A DNA stretch of 64,000 bases, from NCBI GenBank assembly GCA_963702895.1, contig OY969767.1, positions 1,728,001-1,792,000 on the forward strand, read 5' to 3'. Under the pieces are notes generated by a model, which saw only the letters and a list, made by a program, of their open reading frames with translations, ran no database searches and was not told the origin of the DNA. This stretch comes from an uncultured Elusimicrobia bacterium (GTDB lineage: Bacteria > Elusimicrobiota > Elusimicrobia > 2-01-FULL-59-12). The position numbers were made by a program, and so were the translations under genes. Of this stretch, positions 37,770 through 47,704 are shown piece after piece; positions within the stretch are counted from its first letter, which is position 1, and every line of letters begins with the position of its first letter.

Positions 37770-38776
37770 CGCGCCCCTCCAATCTTGAGCCAAAAGGAAA
37801 CGATTTCTCCTCGAATACTGGTCGCGACGTGGTCATGCTCGATCATGCCGGGAACGAGTTTCAGATGTTTTTGGAGGGCCTCCACCAAAGCGCTTTTTCT
37901 CTGAGCCGAAAGGTCCTTATCGTCTCCCGAGATGCGCAGATGCATCTTGTTGACACCCGTTTCGCGGACACGTTCGGCAAATTTGGCGAGCATCACTTTT
38001 CCCTCTGCGGAAATGTCAGATCGGTCCTTCTCAAAGAGTCGGACCAAGGAAAATTCGACGGTTTCAGTTTCCTCGGAAGCGTAGATCATCGAAGGCAAAA
38101 TGACGCTATTGCCTGAAATCGAAGTCACCTTGCCATTGAGGTCGACCAGCGTCAGCTGCGCGCTGTAGAGCCGGTCAACCACAGCAAATTTCTTTTCAGA
38201 ATCTCGCCCTTCCCAGATCAGCTCGTCCGGCAAGGCGTTGGTACCACGTTGCCTGAAAATGGTCTGACCTTGCGGGTTAAACACCTCAAAGGTCCACGAT
38301 TGGAGCGCGGGCTCTTTAGGATCGAGCTTCGGCGGGGTCATCCGTAGAAACGGGGGTTCCGCGATCGCCGGGATCCAGGGCACGAAGGGCAAATGGCCTT
38401 TGACTTCAGAGCGACCGTTGAATTCCGCACTCTGGGAAATAGGAAGAGGGTCCAGTAGAATCTTTTGCGACGGATCTTCCGGGAAATCCTGGAGTTTCTC
38501 AAGGTTCATGGTGATCGGAGCGACGATCTTTTTGACCATCAGTCGCCCCTTGAAGGTGCTGCGTATTTGAACTTCCATTTCATCGGGCGTCACGGACGAT
38601 GGCGACGAAGCGGCAGGCTTGGTCGAAGGGGCGGCCCATAGGGCCGAAGAGAGAAGGACGATCAGGGAAGATAAGGGAATATGAAGAAAGAGGAGGGAAA
38701 GGACCCGTCGTCGATCATGCATTTCTCTGATCTTCCCTATTCTTCCCTGCTGTTCCCTGATCTTCCCTGTCCTCAT
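37766..38776 (-). CDS. Exported protein with FlgD-Ig-like and OmpA-like domains
   Basis: SWTFEVFNPQG, LIWEGRD, LFEKDRSDIS, LSAQRK. Confidence 0.65.
   Translation of the reverse strand: MRTGKIREQQGRIGKIREMHDRRRVLSLLFLHIPLSSLIVLLSSALWAAPSTKPAASSPSSVTPDEMEVQIRSTFKGRLMVKKIVAPITMNLEKLQDFPEDPSQKILLDPLPISQSAEFNGRSEVKGHLPFVPWIPAIAEPPFLRMTPPKLDPKEPALQSWTFEVFNPQGQTIFRQRGTNALPDELIWEGRDSEKKFAVVDRLYSAQLTLVDLNGKVTSISGNSVILPSMIYASEETETVEFSLVRLFEKDRSDISAEGKVMLAKFAERVRETGVNKMHLRISGDDKDLSAQRKSALVEALQKHLKLVPGMIEHDHVATSIRGEIVSFWLKIGGAR
38660..38771. repeat. Inverted nonamer tandem-repeat element at a CDS N-terminus
   Basis: AGGGAAGAT-type units facing ATCTTCCCT-type units. Confidence 0.75.
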
Positions 38777-41700
38777 TTGAGCTCCTGGATACGCAGCCGC
38801 GCCTGCTTGGCGACCTCTGGATCAGGAGTTGAGGCGGCCAGGTCCTGATAGAGCGCGCGGAGTTTTGCCGGCGGAGCGCCTTCGCTTTCATAAATCTCAC
38901 TCAATTTAATCAAGGCCGCCAGACGAAATTCGCTCTTTTTGTCCGGCAAAGCGCGAAGTTCCTCGAGGAGGGCTCGGGATTGCGCAGCGCTCTTGCGCTG
39001 ATCCAGGAGCATCGCCGCGCGGTAAAGCGATTCGGGATATTCGGGGGAAGACTTCGCGACTCGGGTATAAGCTCGCTGGGCCTCCGCGTGCTTGCCCTGG
39101 ACTTCCAAGAGGGCGCCCATCTGCAGCCAAACCGCGTTGACCTTGGGATCGTTGGGATATTGCTCAATGACATATTTATAAGCTTGGACCGACTGGTCAA
39201 GCTGGAACGCCTTTTTATGAGCGAGCGCGATATTGAGCCAGGCTTCCTTCGCTAAAGGATGGGTGGGATATTTTGAAAGGAACACCTTAAAATCAGCCAC
39301 CGCCAAGTCAAAGGCCCCTTTGCGGAACAGGCACACCGCCTTCTGGAACATGGCGTTGGGCACGCGTTCATGCTTCGGGAAGGAGAGATAGAAATTCTGA
39401 TAAGCGTTCGCCGCTTCATCCCACTTTTGCATCCAGAAGAAGCAGTCGGCGTTGTAGAAGTAGGCGAGCGGCGCGTATTCATCGTTCGGATAAGAAAGCA
39501 TGATTTTCTCAAAAAGCTTCTGGGCCGGCTCGTACTTACTCTCATTAAAGAGTGAAGCCCCACGCTCCCAGAGGAGTGCCGCCCCACCAGCAGAACCAGG
39601 GGCGAGTCGAAGCAGCTGTGCTTGCTGGCTGGCAGGAATCACGACTTTCTTCTGATGGAAGGCGCTCAACAAATTATCGGCGGCTTTCGCGATACGCGCA
39701 TCATCCGGATACTGCTTGGCGAAAGCCAAGAGCTCGTTGGCGGCTGTCTTGAAATCTCCCTGGTTAAAGGCGCATTGGATCAGCTGGAACGCGCCCTCTT
39801 TACCCACTTCGGAACCCGCATAGCTCTTTTTAATCGTCGCAAAGGTGCTCGCCGCTTCGGACCATTGGCCAAGGCCCGCTTGTGTGATGCCGATGCGCAT
39901 GAGCGCCTCCGACACCAGAGGATCGGTGCGATAGGTCTGCACGAGGGTCTTCCATCGTTTGATGGCTTCTTGGTAGAAGTCCTGACGGGTGAGCGCGTCC
40001 CCTTCACGGTAGAGGGCCTCCGCTCGAACCGCTGGCTGTGTGGAGACCGTCACGAGGTGGTTCCAGGTGGAAGCGGCCTTGGCATAATCACGTTGGTTGT
40101 AAAAGACTTTGGCGAGTTCCACCTCAATTTGTTCCGCTAAAGACTTATTACCCAAATCGAGGGCGCGCATCTGGGCTTGGTTGAGCGCAATGATCGCTTC
40201 GGCATCCCGCTTGGGTCCTTGGGCCGAGAGGGTCGCGGCCAAGTTCTCGAGGGCATAGGGGACGAGCGGGCTCTGCGGGGCCTTCAGGATAAATTCCTTA
40301 TAGATTTTCTCAGCGCTCGACAAATCGTTCAATTGAAAATAGGCGTCGGCAATCCAGTAAAGGGTGTTCTGGGTCCATTCATCCACCGCAACGTTACTTC
40401 CAATGGCTTTGGACATGCGCTCATGGACTTCGTTCAGGATGCCCGCCATACGGAAGGGATCGCGGGCGGAGTGCAGGCAAAGGGTCATCAAGTACACCGC
40501 CTTGCCAGTCGCGGAACTCTCGGGGAACTTATTAAGGAGGTCTTGATAGACCTCGAGGGCCCGGTCATACTCCCCCATGCGATAGAGGGACAAACCTTTG
40601 GCGAGATAGGCATAGGCCGTCATAGGCTCTTTGGGATAACGGGTTATAAACTTATCAGCGAGGATTTTGGCTCCGTTGAAATTATTGAGCAACAGATGCG
40701 CCCATAGAATGCGGAACTCGGCGGAGAGGCGCAGCTGATATTCATCCGCCCCGTGGATGCGGGGTGCCAGCCCGCGCGAGAACTCGAGGGCCATCTTTTG
40801 CTCCTGGATGGCTTTTTTCCAGTCTTTTTTGAAGATCGGGATGGAAGCGTAGATATAGGTCCACTGCATCCGAAGCGGGTGCTTAGGGTATTCTTTTAAA
40901 AGTCCTGTGAAAATCTCATCGGCTTCATTGAATTTCTTTTCTTCGAAATAGAGACAGCCCCGGCGGTGCAGCGCCAAGGGCCTCAAGACCGCATCCGCCG
41001 CTGGCCGGGTGACAGGCTTAAAGAATTCGTGGGCTAAAGGCAGATCGTGCGCGGCATAAAAAGCCTCCCCCAAGACCATCCGCATCCGATCGACCCATTC
41101 GGAGTTAGGGCTTTTCTGAAGGATTTGCTGGTATAGCGGCAGGGCGTTCGAGATTTCTTTTTTCTGAATATAGGCAACCGCCTGATAATAGAGAGCCGAG
41201 GGCTCATCGGGATAGCGCTTCACGTAAACCAGGGCTTCATCGGGACGGTCTCGTTCCAGGGCCGCGACCCCGCGCAGTAAATTCACGGCCAGATCATTGG
41301 AATAGGCAGGGTTCGTACGGACCAGTTGGAGCATGGCCTTCTGCAGGGAAGCCCAGTCTCGCTTCACAAGATAACAGCGCGCCTGCAAGAAGAGGGCCTC
41401 TTGGGACACGTAGGGATTGATCTCCTTGGCCTGGTAGGGCGCAAGGGCCTTAAGCGCGTCGTCTGCCTTGCCTTGAAGCAGGAGGATTTCAGCCATACGC
41501 AACCCCGAGATTTGCTGAATAAAGAGCGAGGGCGATGGCTTCTTGGCTTTGAGGAGCTTCTGGAAGGCGCGCCGGCTATCGTCCAAGAGACCCATGGAGA
41601 ACGCTTGCTCGGCTTGAGCGGAAATCAACTGGAAACGAATGGCTTCTTCGGTGGCCTTGTCGGAGAGTTTTTCGATGAGCGCCGCGGTCTCATTCCAATG

Positions 41701-41841
41701 CCCATTGGAAACGGAGACTTTTCCCACAACAGGGAAAGGCCGCGGTGCCTCCGCTAAGGCCGCTATGGACGCAAGCGGTAAGGAGAGGACCCCGGCAAGA
41801 ACAATGCGAAAAAATTTACTTAATAATGATGAGCTTGCCAT
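38773..41841 (-). CDS. Large exported tetratricopeptide-repeat protein (~1020 aa)
   Basis: Signal peptide and many BamD/CpoB-like TPRs ending in YP. Confidence 0.9.
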   Translation of the reverse strand: MASSSLLSKFFRIVLAGVLSLPLASIAALAEAPRPFPVVGKVSVSNGHWNETAALIEKLSDKATEEAIRFQLISAQAEQAFSMGLLDDSRRAFQKLLKAKKPSPSLFIQQISGLRMAEILLLQGKADDALKALAPYQAKEINPYVSQEALFLQARCYLVKRDWASLQKAMLQLVRTNPAYSNDLAVNLLRGVAALERDRPDEALVYVKRYPDEPSALYYQAVAYIQKKEISNALPLYQQILQKSPNSEWVDRMRMVLGEAFYAAHDLPLAHEFFKPVTRPAADAVLRPLALHRRGCLYFEEKKFNEADEIFTGLLKEYPKHPLRMQWTYIYASIPIFKKDWKKAIQEQKMALEFSRGLAPRIHGADEYQLRLSAEFRILWAHLLLNNFNGAKILADKFITRYPKEPMTAYAYLAKGLSLYRMGEYDRALEVYQDLLNKFPESSATGKAVYLMTLCLHSARDPFRMAGILNEVHERMSKAIGSNVAVDEWTQNTLYWIADAYFQLNDLSSAEKIYKEFILKAPQSPLVPYALENLAATLSAQGPKRDAEAIIALNQAQMRALDLGNKSLAEQIEVELAKVFYNQRDYAKAASTWNHLVTVSTQPAVRAEALYREGDALTRQDFYQEAIKRWKTLVQTYRTDPLVSEALMRIGITQAGLGQWSEAASTFATIKKSYAGSEVGKEGAFQLIQCAFNQGDFKTAANELLAFAKQYPDDARIAKAADNLLSAFHQKKVVIPASQQAQLLRLAPGSAGGAALLWERGASLFNESKYEPAQKLFEKIMLSYPNDEYAPLAYFYNADCFFWMQKWDEAANAYQNFYLSFPKHERVPNAMFQKAVCLFRKGAFDLAVADFKVFLSKYPTHPLAKEAWLNIALAHKKAFQLDQSVQAYKYVIEQYPNDPKVNAVWLQMGALLEVQGKHAEAQRAYTRVAKSSPEYPESLYRAAMLLDQRKSAAQSRALLEELRALPDKKSEFRLAALIKLSEIYESEGAPPAKLRALYQDLAASTPDPEVAKQARLRIQELK

Positions 41842-44632
41842 TCTTCTTACTTTCTGGCGATTCAATCACGTAGAAGTATACTCCGCTTGCAATGCTCTCG
41901 CCAGAAGTATTTTTGACATCCCAATCGTAGGTATCGGCGCTGACCCTGGTTTCAAACACCAGGCGCCCACTCGTACTATAAATATGGATGGATGCTTCTG
42001 AGCCCAAATTGGCGAAGGTGATGGTCCCCCGGCCCTGGCTCGCTTTATAAGGAACCGGGTAAGCCTTAGCGTTCGTGACGTCATAGCTGACCGACGTCAC
42101 CAGGATAGACCCGCTGATGCCTGAGGCGGTGGCGGTCACCGTTTGGCTGGTCCCGATCTCGCCCGAACGAAACACACCCGCAGCACTAATGCTCCCGCCG
42201 CTTGTGACCGTCCAAACCACGCCTGAGAGGGGCGGCATGGATTGTCCGAATTGATCCATGCCATTGGCCACAAACTGCTGGTCCTCTGAAGCCTTGATGG
42301 TAACGCTGCTCGGACAAGATGTCGAACCGGCCGGGCAGACTTGGATCGCGGTCAAAAATTGAGCCAAATCCCTTGTAGCCGTGACACCTGAGCCGGAAAT
42401 ACTCGCGGGGTCTGTCACGGTACAACGGAAGGAATAGCTCCCGGCTCTTGTGAACGTAACGATGGAATTCTTGGCAGCATTCGTGCCGTTCGCGCTGTAG
42501 CTCACGGCGGCCGGTCCAGACTCGAGACTCCAGGTGTAGATTAAACTCGGTTCCGGATAGCCCGGGTCCGTCGCTGTACAACTTAAATTGCCCGTCACAT
42601 GGTCCGGATTCAAAGTCAATTCGGCGGAGGTAACCACGGGACCGGAGTTGCTGACGGTGACCGGCACGATCACGCTCGTATAACCCGAACGCGAAGCCGT
42701 CAAGGTAAAGCTGCCGGCAACCGTCGCAGTTAAAATGGTGGAAGCGCCAGAAGTCGTGCTGATCTGCCCGGCGCCGCCGCTATAGAGCCAGGTGACTGTC
42801 GCGCCAGGAATCACGGCGCCAGATTCATCGGTCACCGTCGCCGTGAAGGTGAGAGGGGTGCCAGTCACAGCACTGCCGGGATTGGGCGCGACCGTAATCG
42901 CGCTCATGTTGGGCGGTGTCGTCACGAACCCAATGATCAGAAACGCACTGTCGGGCCACGTGGGCCGAGAGATGTTGCGGGTTCTCACACGGGCATAATA
43001 GGTCGTCGTCGGACTCACCGTGAAGGTCAGGGAAAAGGTTGGCTTGGCAACCGTAGCGGTCTGGCAACCGGTGGTAAAGGCAGCATCCAGACAAAGGTTC
43101 ACTTCATAAGTCGACCCGTTGGGGTTGGCTGAGCCGTCCACCCAATTGACCTGGAGGCTGGTGGCCAGCACGTTCGAAAAGCTCCCAGACGTTGGTGCAT
43201 ATGGCGTAGTCGTAAATGAACTCGGCGTAAATGGGAGTGGCGATGAAGGGCACCCAGCTTCTCTTAGAATGATGGTCGGCGTGTATAACGTGTTAGGAGT
43301 TAAACCTGTGACGGTATGGTCCTGGTTGATATTCGAGCTATCCCCAGTCAGAACGGTACTGCCGTTCAGACGAAGATCCCAGCTTGCCAGACCCGTCACA
43401 TCCACCCCCGAAATTCGGAGTGTTGCGCTCGTATAGAAGACGTTGAGCACAGTGAAGGAGCCGCCCCAGGCTAGCGTGGTGATGGGAGGACCACTGATGT
43501 TCGCACTGTCGGGCCAATTGCTAGCGCCGCGGTTCTCCGCTTGGACTCGAGGTGTATACGACGTGTTGGGACTGAGCCCCGTTATGTAAACGGTATTCGT
43601 GTCATTGAATCGACCCGTGCCACCGATAGTTTTCGTTGCACAAGCCGCTCCAAGGCAGCCCGTATAAGGAGATGAACTCGGGTTCCCTAGCACTCCGCTA
43701 AATGCACTTGCGGCATTCTGGAATGTGATCGTTGCCGCGCAGTGAGAGAAGTTGGATCCTACACTCACGTTCGCAGGATCAAGCGGAGCGGTCCACAAAG
43801 GAAAGACGGTTTGCCCAGCTGCCGGGGCCAACGTAGCATAGGGGAAGTTGACCTGTCCTTTATACCGGTAGTATGTATTTGGGCGGAACCCATTCCCGTC
43901 TGGGTTGTACTGCACGCTCGTCAAGAATGGGTAGACCTGCGGTGGGGCTCCTGAAACACCGCCCTGATTGATCCCGATCACGGTGAATCCATTATCAACA
44001 TCCGTCACGGTTATGGAAGCGCGTGAAATCGTACTCGCGTCGGTACTGCCGATACTGGTGCGAACGCGAATACCTCCGGTCGTGACGTCGGCGACACCGA
44101 TGGCTCCTTGCACAGGCACAGCAAAGGGATTGCTTGGATAGGCGAGTGTGGTGGTGGTGTTAGATTTGATCTTGACCCATCGCGAGCACTGCAAAGTATT
44201 GACGCCAGCGCCATTTGGACAAGCCTGTGCATACGCATAATAGGCTGAAGCACCTTTTGTAGGAGTGACAAAACCACCTGTGACAGTGCTCGCTGGGTCA
44301 GACGAGAAATTTTGGACTGATGGGCCAATAACAGTTGTGCCTGCCGCTAAGTCGGAAACGATGCTGCCATTTGCAGCGGAAGCCCCTCGATCGGTTGTCG
44401 TCAGTGCAAAATAGTAGTTACTGAATTGCTCGTTCCCATCAGAAGAACCAGAATTCAACGCCTGCATATTGTTGACCTGCGTGATGGTAATGCCCCACCC
44501 GGAGCTTGTAATCGCATTGAACGAAGGATCGACACACGGTATCCCTGTGGTGCCGCATACTGTCAAAGCATGCAATGGGCTCACGAAACCGATCAGAACT
44601 GCCGGCAACAGAAAAAGCATCGTGCGTTTCAT
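41816..44632 (-). CDS. Exported FN3/Ig/PKD-repeat protein with a T9SS type A-like C-terminal domain
   Basis: TGLSPNTSY and TGLTPNTLY FN3 motifs; C-terminus AYPVPYK..IHIYSTSGRLV..WDVKNTSGESIASGVYFY..KLIIIK. Confidence 0.85.
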   Translation of the reverse strand: MKRTMLFLLPAVLIGFVSPLHALTVCGTTGIPCVDPSFNAITSSGWGITITQVNNMQALNSGSSDGNEQFSNYYFALTTTDRGASAANGSIVSDLAAGTTVIGPSVQNFSSDPASTVTGGFVTPTKGASAYYAYAQACPNGAGVNTLQCSRWVKIKSNTTTTLAYPSNPFAVPVQGAIGVADVTTGGIRVRTSIGSTDASTISRASITVTDVDNGFTVIGINQGGVSGAPPQVYPFLTSVQYNPDGNGFRPNTYYRYKGQVNFPYATLAPAAGQTVFPLWTAPLDPANVSVGSNFSHCAATITFQNAASAFSGVLGNPSSSPYTGCLGAACATKTIGGTGRFNDTNTVYITGLSPNTSYTPRVQAENRGASNWPDSANISGPPITTLAWGGSFTVLNVFYTSATLRISGVDVTGLASWDLRLNGSTVLTGDSSNINQDHTVTGLTPNTLYTPTIILREAGCPSSPLPFTPSSFTTTPYAPTSGSFSNVLATSLQVNWVDGSANPNGSTYEVNLCLDAAFTTGCQTATVAKPTFSLTFTVSPTTTYYARVRTRNISRPTWPDSAFLIIGFVTTPPNMSAITVAPNPGSAVTGTPLTFTATVTDESGAVIPGATVTWLYSGGAGQISTTSGASTILTATVAGSFTLTASRSGYTSVIVPVTVSNSGPVVTSAELTLNPDHVTGNLSCTATDPGYPEPSLIYTWSLESGPAAVSYSANGTNAAKNSIVTFTRAGSYSFRCTVTDPASISGSGVTATRDLAQFLTAIQVCPAGSTSCPSSVTIKASEDQQFVANGMDQFGQSMPPLSGVVWTVTSGGSISAAGVFRSGEIGTSQTVTATASGISGSILVTSVSYDVTNAKAYPVPYKASQGRGTITFANLGSEASIHIYSTSGRLVFETRVSADTYDWDVKNTSGESIASGVYFYVIESPESKKNGKLIIIK

Positions 44633-44635
44633 GCG

Positions 44636-45898
44636 TTAATTCCCCTCCGGAATAACCGGCTTCGCACCCTGCGCTTGCGCCGATCGAGGCGTTCCCAAGT
44701 TCAGCAACTGCTCCAAATCGTCCATTTCGGGGAGGGCGGGCTTGCGAACCGCTCCTTCGGAGCCGGGCTGAAAGATCCTGCCCTGCTTGGCGAGCATCTG
44801 GGCCTGTTGGCCTTCAAGTTTCGCCAATGCGATCTTCATATACCGGCGCGCCGGCTTATAGCTTGGCTCCAGCTCAATAAGACTGTCGAAGAGAAGCGTC
44901 GCTTGCTCATAGCGTTCCTGGTTCATGGCGGTCTTGGCCTGCTGCAAAATCTTTCGTTCCTCCGCCGTAAGGATGGGGCGCGGCTCGCCAAAACGCAAGG
45001 ACAATTCATACCGGTGGCTCATGCCCAGTTCGCCCTGCCCCGCATAGGCATAATCGAAGGAAACGCCTTTGACGCGCAAGCCAATACCCGCGCGCATGCC
45101 ATTGCCCTCGTTCTTGGAGTTCAAGTAGCCCGCGCGCAGCGCTACAAAGGGAACGAGCCAGTACTCAAAACCGCTGGAAATGTAGCCCGTGTCTTCGGTG
45201 GGCTTCGTGTAATCGAGTGACACATTAAGCTTTTTATTCATCATCTGGACCGCCGCAAGTCCCAGCTTCCAATCCATCGGCAGAGGGTCCTTCTGCTGCT
45301 CAAATTTGATATCCGAACCCATATTGCGTAGCGCGGCGCCAAACCGAAGCGTACCGCTCAGGATCGGACGTGGGTAAATGGCATTGAAACCCAGGTCAAA
45401 GGCGGCGCCGGTGGCTTTTTCGTCCGCGAGCTTTTGCTGGATTCCTTTGACATTGAGACCGGCGGACCATTGATTGCCGAGCCAAGCCGCACCCAACGTT
45501 GCCACAGCGCTATAGGCCTCTTGATTGCCGATCGAGTTCCCGGTGGTGTCATAGCCCTCGATTTTCCCATAGCCGAGGTGGGAGAGATTGGCCCCAATGG
45601 CACCATTCTCTAAGGGGATACCGATGTTGAGGTTTTGAAACTTCAAATCTTGGTACATCTGGTTGTACATAAAGGACGCCTGGCGCTCGACCATGAGCGC
45701 AAGGCCGGCCGGGTTCCAGTATAGGGAAGACACATCGTCGGCTTGGGCCACGTAAGCTTCTCCCATCGCGATCGCTCGCGCACCGACGCCGATCTTTAAG
45801 ACTTCTGCTCCCGTCGTGCCAGCGCTAGCGGCCCAAGCGAAGCCACCCATCTTTAGACCTAGGCTCGAGGCGAGGACGAGGGTGAAGATTCTTTTCAT
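44636..45898 (-). CDS. PorV/PorQ-like outer-membrane beta-barrel with C-terminal TPR extension
   Basis: LKIGVGARAIAMGEA, YWNPAGL, FDYAY, HRYELSLRF. Confidence 0.85.
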   Translation of the reverse strand: MKRIFTLVLASSLGLKMGGFAWAASAGTTGAEVLKIGVGARAIAMGEAYVAQADDVSSLYWNPAGLALMVERQASFMYNQMYQDLKFQNLNIGIPLENGAIGANLSHLGYGKIEGYDTTGNSIGNQEAYSAVATLGAAWLGNQWSAGLNVKGIQQKLADEKATGAAFDLGFNAIYPRPILSGTLRFGAALRNMGSDIKFEQQKDPLPMDWKLGLAAVQMMNKKLNVSLDYTKPTEDTGYISSGFEYWLVPFVALRAGYLNSKNEGNGMRAGIGLRVKGVSFDYAYAGQGELGMSHRYELSLRFGEPRPILTAEERKILQQAKTAMNQERYEQATLLFDSLIELEPSYKPARRYMKIALAKLEGQQAQMLAKQGRIFQPGSEGAVRKPALPEMDDLEQLLNLGTPRSAQAQGAKPVIPEGN

Positions 45899-45934
45899 AT
45901 ATTTCTTAGTCACGGGATAAATATAACGCATTAT

Positions 45935-45978
45935 TGTTACAGATTCATTGCGGCAAAGTAAATTCTGTGTTACAGAAT
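45935..45978. promoter_or_regulatory. Candidate operator upstream of the PorV-like operon
   Basis: TGTTACAGA twice, 33 bp apart; perfect IR ATTCTGT-GTT-ACAGAAT. Confidence 0.45.
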
Positions 45979-46126
45979 ACACGGTATTCATTAGCCCCAA
46001 ATTGTGCACTCGTCAACAGCAGAGTTAACACCTCTTAACCTTCATTGAATTCTATAGTCAAAAATGCTCACTCTGACGGAGCCTGTATAATTTATGATCG
46101 GATTATAGATAGGTTTTGAAATAGAC

Positions 46127-47704
46127 CTAAATCAACCGTTTGTAATTATTAACAGGCAGCCGCCACACCGTGACGCCACAATACCGATCGCCTTCCGGAC
46201 AGAAAGGCCTCTGCCCCGCTTCTTGACGCATCCAGCAAGGTGCCCCAAAATACCCACCGATCTGGGGAAATAAGTCTTGGAGCTGGAGGACCTCTTCTTG
46301 GGACGTTTTCCAGATTTCCTCCTGGGCCGTATAGCACAGGCGGTGCGTCCACTTATGGTGGAAATTGAGAAGATCACCGGACTCCTCAAAGCGAACGGGA
46401 AAGGCGTTGGGGAGAAGGTAGCACACGTTTTCTTCTGATTCCCCCCTCTCGATCAACTGCTGCATCTGGGTCCAAAGTCCTTTCATCGTCGCACGATAGT
46501 AATCCAGAGCGGGTGGCGTTTCCTGAACAAGCTTCGGGACGATGAAGTCCGGCTCATCCCACTGGACCTGCCGTACCAGGACCGGCCGGGAGGCGGGCGT
46601 CATCCGGTGCCTTTGGTCCTGGGAATCGGCCGTATGCGAGATCTTCTTCTTAAACGTGAAATGGGGATGAACAAGGGCCCTGGTCAATTTGCCAAGAGAA
46701 GTGAGATTCAATGATTCGGAAAAATATCGATTCTTGGAAGGGTTGAGCACCAGATCGATAGCCTCGGCGTCTGTCATGGCACTCTTAGGAAGACCCAGAA
46801 CCGTGCGGACACTCTGCGCGAGCACCACCTCGGAATTAGCCTTAAAATCAATAAGTTTTGAAGATAAGCCCCCCAACTCCTGATCAAACTCCTTAATAAA
46901 GGCCTTGGGGTAGAAGTGCCTGGCACTTTCATCAAAGGTTTGAAGAATTTGGTATTCGATGGTTTGCTCCAGGGGCAGCGGGTCCTCGATGTCCTTAAAG
47001 AACTCCGGGTCGAAGCGACTCACCGCCTCCACCATTTTCCCCACCACGATCTTTTGTTCGGTGGGCACATCCCATTGCTGGCAGAGTCGGTGATAGCGGT
47101 GGAGGGTAAGACCCGAGATAGTGTGATATAGGTGCGCATGCGTCGCGACGGGTAAGAGATAGCGCGACACCTCCTGGCAGCGCTTCTTGATGGCATGAAT
47201 CCAGCGCTTTTCCTGCAGGTCGCGGGCCCGAAAAAGCCGTTTAAACTCTCGCGTCACAGTCGGCTCGAGGAGCTTCGCCAACTCCTGATAGGCGCTCATT
47301 TGCCCCTGGACGGCCTGTGTATAGAGGGACAGGTTCTTGTCCTGGAGAGCGGGGGTCGTAAAGTTTTCCGCTTTGATCTCCACATAGCGCTGACTGACCT
47401 GTTCAGAGTTGTAGAAGGGGTGGCTATGAAGAAAGGACCAGATCAGCTGCCGGGACACCTTGTCCAGAACGAACTGGAAGGTCGCATGCTGCAGGGTCGT
47501 GTGGTGGCCGGCTTTATAAATGGACCGGGCAATCAAGTCGCGCCGGGATCGGGAAGCCTCGTCCTTGGCCACATCCTCCGCCCGCACAACTTGGGAGGAA
47601 TAGCAGGTCCGGGCGGTTGCCACCGCATTGTTATAAGGATCCTGGAAAGCGTTCTCGAGATAAACGACCGGCTCAGGTGAAAGAAGCGTTTTCGTCGTGA
47701 TCAT
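46127..47704 (-). CDS. thyX: FAD-dependent thymidylate synthase-like protein with two ThyX domains
   Basis: ARTCYS, GHHTTLQH, SQRYV, RYLLP; second half QRHR, YLLP, RLCYTAQEEI. Confidence 0.75.
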   Translation of the reverse strand: MITTKTLLSPEPVVYLENAFQDPYNNAVATARTCYSSQVVRAEDVAKDEASRSRRDLIARSIYKAGHHTTLQHATFQFVLDKVSRQLIWSFLHSHPFYNSEQVSQRYVEIKAENFTTPALQDKNLSLYTQAVQGQMSAYQELAKLLEPTVTREFKRLFRARDLQEKRWIHAIKKRCQEVSRYLLPVATHAHLYHTISGLTLHRYHRLCQQWDVPTEQKIVVGKMVEAVSRFDPEFFKDIEDPLPLEQTIEYQILQTFDESARHFYPKAFIKEFDQELGGLSSKLIDFKANSEVVLAQSVRTVLGLPKSAMTDAEAIDLVLNPSKNRYFSESLNLTSLGKLTRALVHPHFTFKKKISHTADSQDQRHRMTPASRPVLVRQVQWDEPDFIVPKLVQETPPALDYYRATMKGLWTQMQQLIERGESEENVCYLLPNAFPVRFEESGDLLNFHHKWTHRLCYTAQEEIWKTSQEEVLQLQDLFPQIGGYFGAPCWMRQEAGQRPFCPEGDRYCGVTVWRLPVNNYKRLI

